Source: Bigelowiella natans CCMP2755
Lineage: Eukaryota; Protista; Cercozoa
Assembly: GCA_000320545.1 (NCBI GenBank)
Contig: ADNK01001271.1
Location: 1-38,903, forward strand
DNA length: 38,903 bases
Direction of reading: 5' to 3'
A model generated the notes under the pieces. It was not told the DNA's origin and did no database searches. It was given only the letters and a program-made list of their open reading frames with translations. Made by a program: the position numbers and the translations under genes. How positions within the stretch are numbered: position 1 is the stretch's first letter; each line of letters starts with the position of its first letter. Of the stretch, positions 11,892 to 22,026 are shown in pieces.

Positions 11892-13361
11892 ATGAGGTGC
11901 TCCTCCTCCTTTTCCTCCTCCTCCTCCTCCTCCTCCTCCTTTTCTTCGCCAAAAAATCTGCTAGTGCTGCAGGAGGAAGATTGGGACTGCGGCCTTGCGT
12001 GTGCCCTCATGGTTCTCAGGTTGGTTTGAAAACCCTTTCTTGGTGGCTTGGAATAGTTTCTTCGGAGTTGCCGCCATCAACCAATGATCGCCTGTAATTA
12101 CCAACGCCAGGGCCCTTCAATATTCTATGAGCTCCATTCAAGGAGGATCTGGTGATACAAAAGTCGTCTGTAACGCTATGAATGCTAACACCTCTTTTTT
12201 TGTATTTTCCAATATCTTTGGGGAATCGTTTTTGACCCCACAGGGCGACGGGCACTTCCGAGCATGAAAGAGCTTCGGGAACGGTGCGAGACACAGAGTA
12301 TATGGACGATTGACCTAGCCCATCTGCTGAGGTATATTATATTTGAACCATGTATTCGCATGAGGGTTAATCACAGGCAGTATTCAACATATACGTCTTG
12401 GGGGCTGCAGACACTACGGTGTTGGCGTTCGGATGCGCACAGTGTTTCCGGGGGTGGATCCAAGTCATCAACACTCTCAATTCTATAAAGATGTCATTAG
12501 TCAGGACCAGAAGAGGGTATGATCGTCGATAGAAGGGGAGAATAATTAATCCAACTAGAATCGTGTTACCTCAGGTCACTCAGCTGTTTCGAAGGGCTGC
12601 AGATGCTGGGATATCTGTAGAGAGAAAGGGGACCACGAGTTCCGAAATGTTGAGCTTGGTTGCTGATCACGGCCACGTTCTTATCGTACTTGTGGATAGA
12701 ACTATCCTCCTGTAATCACTAAGATGTGCTCGAGAAACTACCGATCTCAGAGGTTGCCAAATTTAATTTCAGGTGCGATGAATGCGCACTCGCCGACAAG
12801 GCCTTCGCGGAAAAATTGAAAGAATTTGGTAGCAAGGCTGATTCATTTTTAGGTGCAAGATATTCTTTGAAAATGCCCCCTTGCATGCCCTAACGCCCCA
12901 CTTTTGAAGGTCATTTTGTAGTTTTGACGGACATCTCGCAGAGTAGAATTTCTACAGAAAAGCGAAATAGTGACGGGGGTGGCTCTCCGAACAATAATAA
13001 AGCCCTTACGGACAACTTCTCAAATGACTTAAAGTCAGCTGCTGTTCCTCCTGTTCCAACGAAGGGATCGAAGAGAGCCTGGTTCTATGATCCTGGATCT
13101 CGCGTTGAAAATCGTAATGCATTAGTTCTGAGATCTGAGAGCACTACTCTAACCATTTGTTATTTAGACCAATGCAGTGTCCCATTTGATCAGTTCGAGA
13201 AAGCTAGGTTGGTGTCTTAAATTTGAGATTCTTCATTCTCTGAGAACTTTCATTTTATGTTCACGCACACCCCTCCCCCCCCCTTGGACAGATTACAGAG
13301 TGGTACAGACCAAGATATATTGATAATTAAAGTTAATGAACAGAAGAAACCCAAGTCGTAG
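11892..13361 (+). CDS. GUCD1: GUCD1 family protein (Guanylate_cyc_2 / papain-like fold), about 8-9 short exons, largely missed by the ORF track
   Basis: Spliced translation gives QEEDWDCGLACALMVLR, ETQSIWTIDLAHLLR, HYGV..PGVDPSHQHSQFY, RVTQLFRRA, LIVLVD, LGHFVVL, FYDPG and FEKARLQSGTDQDILII, the ordered GUCD1 motif set. Stop TAG is at 13359-13361. Confidence 0.9.
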
Positions 13362-13956
13362 TCATCTTACAGTAATATAATTTGCGCTCACACCGGCCGA
13401 TCCGCATGCAACGTAATCAATTTTTTCGAACTAATGCGCAGTGATGATGCTTGGCCTCGATGGATGATGGTAGTTTAGCGTCACAATGTTATTGCGTGTC
13501 CAATACAAATATACATGTGATATATCACACGGCTAATGCAAACCGACTGCAACACAGCATGGGTACCATCTACACCTTATCGTCGGACATAGCAACCACG
13601 GACATGCTAGCATGTTGGCTTGGCACGTATATATAGCAGAGCATGTGGACAGGGCAAGTAATACAGATGATAAGAATACGAATGTTATCGCAATAATGGC
13701 ACTTGACTAATAAACATAAACAGATGAGACATTCTGTATCGTGCGCCTAGAGCGTGTGAACGCATTATCACAAATGATTTTAAGCAAAGAATTGAACAGA
13801 TTAGACACATGCTAGAATCAGCATAGCCATAAAGCGGTGGCTACGTTGGGAGTTGCGGCGTACTCTTAGCCATCAACAACACTCTAAACCACATGCAATT
13901 ATGCAGTGTGATGCCTTTACACTGTAGCATTGGGAGGCTTCCTGAGGAGTAGACAC

Positions 13957-14778
13957 TCAAAGCACCTCTTGTTGACTCCTAAGGGTATCTTTCATGTTCT
14001 CTAAAAATGTTTTACAAGCTTGAATGGCCATTGCCATCCCCTCAGCTTGCTGGGTGTTGCGCACAGCAGGTTGTATTTCGCTCAACCAAGATGCGTATCT
14101 CAGGTAGGAAAATAGCGGCGTCTTCAATGAATTGGCGAGTTCATGACCCTTGCATGCTTCACGAAACCTTTGGTGGCATTTTGTCCTAGAGTGTTTCAGT
14201 CGTGCCAGAAAATTTCTTCCACGCTCGAAATTTTCGACGTATTTACGGACCGATTCCTTGGAATCGTCTAACAGAGACAGAATCATCTTTCCAAGAGGCT
14301 CGGGCTCAATGTCGCAGTAAGCGAGAACAATGCATTTCAAGTTATGTTCTTGCTCATCAGCTACACTCTTTGAAGAATAGAAATGTAAAGACTGCATGAC
14401 CTCTTCAAATCTAGCATCCAGCTTCACAAATTTCAAGACTTCGGATGTATCCCATCTGCGACGATGAGGAGCACTGTGCAATGTTCTTTTCAGAAGATCA
14501 CGGTGTCTTAATTTTACGAGGAAGGCTGTGTGCGCTTCATGGATCTCTCCGATGCTCGAAAACAGTATTGTAGCCTCTTGCTTGGTCAAGAGCTGTTTCC
14601 GGTCAGTTCCTGCACAGCTGATGAAGTCGGAGATAACGGTTCCAAGACACTCCACGTAAGCCTTCTCGGTCTCTAACAGGATTGATTCAGCACTTAAAAT
14701 TATGCTATCCCTTTCCTTTGTTCTTCGCCGAGCCCCCAGCTCTTTGTGCTCCCCCGAGAGCATACACGTGCGATGCAC
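13957..14778 (-). CDS. RhoGEF (Dbl-homology) domain protein, start uncertain
   Basis: ILLETEKAYVECL (CR1), ILFSSIGEIHEAHTAFLVKL (CR2) and LANSLKTPLFSYLRYASWLSEI (degenerate CR3). Confidence 0.7.
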   Translation of the reverse strand: MHRTCMLSGEHKELGARRRTKERDSIILSAESILLETEKAYVECLGTVISDFISCAGTDRKQLLTKQEATILFSSIGEIHEAHTAFLVKLRHRDLLKRTLHSAPHRRRWDTSEVLKFVKLDARFEEVMQSLHFYSSKSVADEQEHNLKCIVLAYCDIEPEPLGKMILSLLDDSKESVRKYVENFERGRNFLARLKHSRTKCHQRFREACKGHELANSLKTPLFSYLRYASWLSEIQPAVRNTQQAEGMAMAIQACKTFLENMKDTLRSQQEVL

Positions 14779-15098
14779 CTCGGAACGTTCGTGACCTTTC
14801 AGTGTACACGGGAAAATTTCTCACGAGAGCCGCATTTAATTATGTCGCTCCTCCGAATTGCAACCTTTTCATGCAAATCTTGGTCATCAAAGACACACCG
14901 CGTTTCTCAACTGCGCCAATCCGGATCACGCATCTAGCTGAAAGTTTTATGCTCTCCTAACATGTTTTTGTTGCCTGCATTTTTGCATTAACGCTCACTT
15001 TTTGAGCTGTCGTACGATTTGAGTACTAATCTTCGATGTTTACCGTAGATCTACTAATTATGGACCGAATTTGTCGAATTTCCGAGGTGTTGTTACAG

Positions 15099-16602
15099 AT
15101 GGCTGGCATCACGGCCCGTGCGAGCGGCGGATGCATCCGATGCAGCGGCAGCTTAGCGGCTCTCACGGTCCTGGTTACAACCGCAATGCAGCTGTCCCCT
15201 TTCAGGCCTCCTATACTCGCAGCTAACTCTTGCGCAAAAGTGAGGCCAGGCCCTCAATCTCGACTGCACAAAGATGTAAAGGTCGGATGCATGGAAAAAC
15301 TCAATTGCGCACCGTTTCGCTTCGGCTTCTCGTTGTCATCCCTCCTCCCCTTTTGTACGGGAGGCAAGCTAATTCCTAAGTAGCTTGAGACATTATTTAA
15401 TCTTTCGATTTCTGTGGTTTGCTCTTGCATGCTTCAATGGACGGAATGTAGAGGACCCTGTGTCTCCGTGCAATGCGTGTCGAACAAGAGAGAGAAATCA
15501 ATGTTTCCCAAGCTCAGAGCACCATGGAAGCGTGCAAAATACAACCCTCATTTTTTCCATTCTATTAGAAGGGACAGTGGGAGTATCAACTACGCAGGAA
15601 GTTTAAAAGAATAGGCAACGACATAGGCATCAATGCAAAATGCTCCGTCCCGCTATCTTTAGAGGAGCAACAGCCCTGCAGCAATGGTGCCAGACTCACA
15701 GATTATCAATCTGGAGCTCTTTCCATATTACAAGTACAATCCAGGTCCAAATATAATGTTCGGTTGATAAAATTAGCTCACTCTAGATGTCCCATAATTG
15801 CTAGGATTCTTCGCTTGCGAGGCGGTGATAGAAGAGAAGGAATGGACTCAGCAGTACACGATCCTGATCGGGAGCGCACGGGGAATATGGTGTTATGCTT
15901 AAGAGGGGGGAGTGACGGGAGAGGGCCGCGTTCAGAAGCAGCACAAGATAATCGGGGGCGTTTCCGAAACAACAACTTTGGTAGCCAGAGCGGAGGCCCC
16001 CGACAATATGGTAGGAGGACTCGCAGGGGCGGCGGCGGTGGCAGGTTTCAGCGACAAAGAAAAGCGCAAAATTCAACAGACAAGAGTATTTTGAAGCTTG
16101 GTGACTGGGTTCGTAGCCGCTAGAAATACAGAATAGTGTTCACGCATCTGAATTCTTTGTCCGATCAGATTTGTCCGACATGTTATGGAAAGAACTTCGC
16201 GATGCGAACGGTATCATTTTCCCATTCTGTCGTGTGAGCGACCTGGAGGCTCAGAAATATGGCTTATATATATGTGATTGCAGGAATCTTGCTTCAGATG
16301 TCAGGCGGACAAACCGGAAAATATACAAACGATGAATGCGTTATACGAGGAAGGAAAACTAAATTTTTCTTCCGAAAGGCAATATGATCTTTAATTAGCG
16401 ATGTCTAATAATTGTATTCTGCTATCATTGACCTTCAATTTTATTAATATTGCTGACGATTTGTTCGCTATAAAATATTAGATATGTGTTCGAGGAGATT
16501 CCGCAGGTTGAGCATTTCCAAAAAAGCTTGATAAGGTGCCGTACTGTCATTAATTCAATTCAAGTTTGATCACATTTGTTTCTATTTCAGCTTGGAGAAT
16601 GA
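15099..16602 (+). CDS. RGG-rich, RanBP2-type zinc-finger RNA-binding protein with long N-terminal leader and two LxLRGG motifs
   Basis: Splicing introns 16109-16168 and 16211-16283 gives GDWICPTCYGKNFAMRTESCFRCQADKP, with an RGG/RG tract upstream. Final exons are 16284-16378, 16482-16506 and 16591-16602 (TGA). The 5' exons (15099-15363, 15452-~15531, ~15569 on) are phase-consistent but less certain. Confidence 0.75.
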
Positions 16603-17221
16603 ACATTTATCTGTTCTGTCGTCTCTTCCCATTGAAAACGGCTAAAATAATAAGGAAGAGCGATCTGCATTCCTGAATTCAGTCAAATTTAATGCCGCCA
16701 TGTATAATATTACTTTTCGGATCTAATTTGAGCCTATGAACTCATCTTCGTCCGTTGTGTTGCTATATATTATTGTTGACATCGCTTTAATCACCACATG
16801 TGCCATGTTGCCATCCTATGTACGTTTGTGCGTGCATGATTCTCGTACGCGTTGAGCCGATGTGCGTTTTAGCGGCATATTTGTGGTTCCTATTAATGCA
16901 TGTGCGACACATTCAGTCCATATAGTATACTACACGTACATACGCATGTCATTTCACGTTTCGTAGATTGCGTTATATGAGGAATGTGTATGCCACAATC
17001 TGCATGTGCCGTTACTAACTTCGAGCGTGAAGTTTCCATGTGCATGTATTTCCTAATTGATCCTATGATGATTGTACAATAATTTCATGCACATTTGAGG
17101 ACCAATCACATTACAATTGCTGCGATTTGACAAGGCACAGATGCATGATGACTAGTTAGCAGTTGTCATGCGGTGCGTTAGCTGCTGTATGTCGACTTAC
17201 GTTGCTTGCCATTCAACTAGA

Positions 17222-18255
17222 TCAATGCCGTAACTGAGCGACGTATACTTTGTTAAACTCCAAGTAACCATTTGAAGTTGTCTTCAAATGCGAGCTGATC
17301 CTTGAATGAAGAGCAGGAAGTTGATGAAATGGGACCGAGGGGTAGCAATGATGTGCCGAGTGATAGGGCATATTCCATGCCAAAGCCCGGACGAGCCCGC
17401 TTGTAAATGTTGTCCTCGAATTCTCCAACATATTCGCAACATGAGGACAACGTCCATGCTCTGCGAGCAGGAATAGTCGGAGAAATGGCTGACCAATGAG
17501 CAAGGGAATAATCCAAAGCGTTGCTAGCCAACTAACGCTCGCCTTTCCGACCTCTGGGAACAGAAAGCAGCATACTCCAATGGAGAGCGCCAGAGCGAAA
17601 TAAATTCCCAAAATCACGCGTGCTTCTCTTCTAACAATCGCGTGTTTGTGATTTGGTAGGTAGGGATATGATATGGTTCCGAATGCATTGTTCAACAACA
17701 CAGTGGCCTCACCAGACCAGTAACCCCATCCCGAGAGATACAACAGGAATGCCGGCCAAGTCTCTGGGCGCCCAGACCCAACAATTTCAGGATCTTTAGT
17801 AGGATCATTTGTGTACATGTGGTGAGCTCGGTGGAAGTAGCGAAACCATATGAATGGAAGGGCAATGATCGGTGCAATTGCGTGCCCTGAAATGTCGTTT
17901 ATCCACCTTCTTCGGAACGCTGTCTGTAATTGTGGGGGAGGAAATATGAGAACCAGAAAAATAAAGGAGAGGTAGCACCAATTTTAGGGTAATTCACGAG
18001 ACATTCGATGACCTGATGGGTGCACTCGTGGCTGAGAGCGAATAGAAACGTGAGCAGTATCCCATACGGAGGTAGAAGCAGCGCCCATAGCCCCGATTTC
18101 GTCGTCCTTGTCCAAACAATTAGCAGCGCAAAGGTTAAAATAAGCGCCAAATGGATAAAAAGTCGAACAAGAGCTGGAGCATCTCGCTTGGCTGTGAGCT
18201 TTCGCTTATCATCCTCCGACAGGGTCCGGAGGAAGTCGACGTGGCTGTCGACCAT
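17222..18255 (-). CDS. Membrane fatty-acid desaturase family protein, MocD/alphaproteobacterial-like; one intron at 17924-18012
   Basis: Three His boxes HECTH, HRAHH and HSAHH, plus AEHGRCP..NSRTT..LAWNMPYH. Alternative start at 18300. Confidence 0.9.
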
Positions 18256-18769
18256 GGGCCGGTGCGAAATTAGAAATTGGGCGCTAGGATGTATTCCCAT
18301 CTAAAATCCTTCCATCCTATAATTAACATCCACATATCCAAATTCGGTTGCCGCTGATCGCACCCTAATTTAACCAGAAATGTGCCTAAATCCACCGAAT
18401 CATTTGGCCATTTTGTTAGGATTGCCCAACCTAGATCTAATTGTGTTTTTCTAAAACATCATACTACGATGTACAGAAATTATGCTTCCATGTCGCACCC
18501 ACAAAACTTTAGGGTTTTCGAAGATCTTGACGTCGGGATACCTCTTCGTCTGCGTGGTAAATACAGTTGTCGCAGATAGAGAATATCTTGTGTTTGACTG
18601 GTTTTCTAAATTTACAGTACGTCTGTGCAGTTCGTCGTTTCATTTCTATCATTTGTCATTCCATCCAGGACACGGAATTCTCCCCCCCCTTCCCCCGACC
18701 CCGCTCCCTCGCTGCCTTTTCTTTTTGAGGTAATAATGTGCGACAATCGTACTTTCTAGTTCTGAGGGA

Positions 18770-20940
18770 TATGCGGAAACCCTCACCATGGAGAACGTGG
18801 AAGGCTGTGAGCGACTCGAGAGGGGGGACGGCTCCCAACACTGCCAGCAGGTGAACATGATAGCTATTCGTCAGCGTCCTTTTCACCCATGCGTGGAATT
18901 AAATAATGTTCAGTGGAGGAAGCTTGTATCCTAATTTCGATGCCTCAATCGGAACTGTGCCCCTCCGATCAATTCGGCCTCCAGCTAGAGCCGTAACCCC
19001 TGGAGTAGGAATGGGGATGGGAGTGGTAATAAGTTTCTTAGACCTATTCTTCCAGCTTTTATTACAAAATGGATGTCTTCCAGGGTATTGTCGATTCGCG
19101 AAAAGGATTAGGAGTCGTCGGATCTAGCGCCCCTTCGAGGCTAAAGCCCAAATATCGGAAAAGTAACAGGGTAAGATATCTCCGTTCCGAAGCTAATGAC
19201 TCACTGCAAGCTATGTTTTTTGAGAAATTCTCGATATAATCAGTCGATCTCGAACAAACGACCGGTATTCCGGGCTGGTACCGCTCAGACACGATTCAGT
19301 AAGGATTTAAGCCCGATTTGGAAGTGATATTCCTAATATTTACTTTTTGCCCGAAGGTCGAAGCGGCGTCTCAAGAAACTTTTCTGCACCACGTCCGGCC
19401 TTTGGCAGACAATACGTGCAGGTTCAGCAATAGTATATAGTCAAACAATAATATTGAAGAATTTTTAAGATTGTCCCGAGACACTGCGAATTTTGGAGAA
19501 AGACAGTAATAATTTTTTTTGATTTGTTGCTGAATCATGCCGGCTTCATTTCGATTTTTTCTGCACAGCTTCTTAATGTTCTCTGTATAACTTACTTCTT
19601 TCATTACTTTGCACTAGGAGCCTTTGGAAGAATCTAAATCCAATGTAAAGAGACCAACGCCTCAAATGAAGTATGCACCTATATGATTCAAAAAGAAGCA
19701 AACGGGTTTTCAGATTTAATATTTGGCAGACCGTTACGCCTGGAGGGCTTTGAATGGCTGATAGAAAATCATCCTTCTGTCCATCGTCTGGAGAGAGATT
19801 CGAAGATTTCCACTGGGTTTACACATGTTTATTGTTTCTGACCACGGGAATGATCAGGGGAGGGAGAAAACTAAGACAGGATGGTGGTTTTTTTTTCAAG
19901 CTAGATGTAATATAGTTTGAAAGAAAGCAACTCTTGAGCCTGCGACGTTAACTCGTCGAAGTGAAACTTGGCGTTGTTGCTAGCATTTAACTCCTTGGTT
20001 ATTGCATTACGTATTCAATCAAGATATTCCTACATATTTTTTATTCTACCCATTTTCATAGACGCAGGGTGAGTTCTCGAAGGACCCAGAGACCGGCAAC
20101 AGTCTTTAGCAGCTCCTCCAAATCCGCTCATATTCTTGAAGAAAATGAGAACGATTCAGAGCATAGACGTAGGCTGAGCTCTCGAAGGACTCAGAGACCG
20201 GCCACAGTCTTTAGCAGTTCCCCCAAATCCGCTCATATTCTAGAAGAAAATGAAAACGATTCAGAGCTTAACTTTAACGAGGAGGTGACTAAACTGACGT
20301 AAGTATGAAGTAGTGTGGATTTTGATATCTGGGCATTTATAGGAATGTTTCTCCGGAAGGAGCGGTGCGCTAAGCTTCAGACGAAACGACGAAAGGTCTC
20401 GTCAGAGCATCAATGATTTTCTGTCTGTATTCTCAATGTAATGTTCCTGATTTTAAATCTTCTGATTTGAAACAGAAAGCTGCAAATCTCTCAGAAGCGT
20501 AACCGTCGCGTGCAGTCTGCCTCCATTAGGAGAGTGCCACCTTCCCACCACCATCATCACCGTATCCGGCCTCCATCTAGGCAACGACCACCTCCTCAGG
20601 CATTACACTTGAACCTGTTCAACGTTTCCATGGACCTTCCAGGTGCCAGCATTCTGTTGTTGTGCTTTCGCTGTTCTATGTTGACGTGTATACGTGTGGT
20701 CGCATTGTCTTGTTTTCCTTCTTTTCTAGACACCCCGAAGCATGCAAGGGTTGGAGCAGAAGACGGTACACGAGGATCCAATACACGAGCTGGAGACGGT
20801 ACATTTTCAAGGGAAAGAATTCGGAACAGCCACGTGACGCGAATGGGCAGATCGTCGAAGACTGTAAAAAAGGCGTTCATGCCCACAAGCTAGGCGTTGG
20901 CCACCACGCGTGTAGTGTATCCTATATATGCAATACATAG
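18770..20940 (+). CDS. Hypothetical multi-exon protein, unknown function; both ends uncertain
   Basis: Series of short open segments bounded by GT/AG (MRKPSPWRTW.., GGSLYPNFDAS.., EPLEESKS.., PLRLEGFEWLIENH.., SSRRTQRPATVFSSS twice). No family recognised. Confidence 0.4.
19482..19594 (+). repeat. Dispersed repeat family B, uninterrupted (probably intronic) copy
   Basis: cactgcgaattttggagaaagac..gatttgttgc..catgccggcttcatttcgattttttctgcacagct is shared with 21511-21725. Confidence 0.9.
20057..20266 (+). repeat. Tandem duplication, 2 x 105 nt, in frame
   Basis: catagacg...gattcagag occurs twice with scattered substitutions; a 35-aa repeat. Confidence 0.95.
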
Positions 20941-21409
20941 TACGTATACACACATTTGTCTAAAGTCACCACCTATTATTATATCAAGAAATGGCACCAT
21001 GCGCTGCAATCGCAGTTCTAATTATGTAGCAGGAGCTTCTATTGCCACCCGTGTTTACACGTGCTCATTACTAATGTATAAGATTGCGGTGGAACATAAC
21101 ACTAGAATATCTAGATATTTTCGTGAGTGTTAGCTGCGATGCATGTAGCATTCCTAAGTTGAGCTGGCATATAACTCATGTTGACTAACTGCTCATGTGT
21201 AGTCTAAATCGCATGGCGCGTGTACGACTGCGCTGTATAGCTACTAGCTGCACTGTTCTGTGTGGCGTGCTCTAATACGTACGTGATGTCGTATACGCAT
21301 GTATGTGGTTGTACGCGTCCATCGATCATGCAAGTATTGTCATTAGAGCGTTGCATGCGTGCGTACACCATGCAACAATAAATCGCCGCACGCTTCATTT
21401 TATGCACTT

Positions 21410-21484
21410 TATAGGGACTTAAAGTCCCTATATATAACTTATTAGTCCCTACACGTATCGTATATGGACTTATTAGTCCCTATA
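21410..21484. repeat. Palindromic GGGACTT/AGTCCCTA unit array
   Basis: TATAGGGACTT-A-AAGTCCCTATA inverted repeat plus two ACTTATTAGTCCCTA units. Confidence 0.85.
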
Positions 21485-21510
21485 TCATCTAGTCATCGGT
21501 ACACACGCAG

Positions 21511-21725
21511 CACTGCGAATTTTGGAGAAAGACATATATGAGACGGATGTAATGAACAAATTAAATTTTTTCAATGGTCATCCTGATGTAGCTGTGCAAT
21601 GCAGAGAAAGACATATACAGCAATAACTTTTTTTGATTTGTTGCGATGCTGGACCATGCTAGCATGCCGGCTTCATTTCGATTTTTTCTGCACAGCTCTA
21701 TTGTGTTCTCTGTGTATATAACTCA
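21511..21725 (+). mobile_element. Repeat family B copy interrupted by a family A fragment (21539-21603) flanked by a 14-nt direct repeat
   Basis: gagaaagacatata occurs at 21525-21538 and 21604-21617. The paralog at 19482-19594 lacks the insert. Confidence 0.8.
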
Positions 21726-22026
21726 TATGGCATTGCTTGCTTGCTTGCATGCACGTGTGCTTGATTGCTCTACACTCTAGCAATGCACAGGAGCAGGTGT
21801 CATCGTTGCTGAGATGCTGGCTAGCTGGCATCCCATTCTATTCATCGTGACCAACAATAGTGCAAAGTGCTCATGTGTCACAGCACCCATGCAATGCTCC
21901 AAAATTTCGGAATCGAAACGACTGTGAACGTGTGAACGAAATAATTGAACGACATGCATGTCATGAATGAGGAACACCGTGGATGTCTATGTTGGACATC
22001 AAATTGCTCTCGTACCATGAGCATCC

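Noticed and set aside
18538-18561. IPLRLRG as a third ubiquitin-tail motif
   Set aside because: Lacks the second Gly (K unspliced, H in the likeliest splice), and the coding status of this segment is unclear.
20057-21725. Repeats considered as a CRISPR-like array or an autonomous transposon
   Set aside because: No regular repeat-spacer periodicity, and no transposase, RT or cas ORF found in the window.
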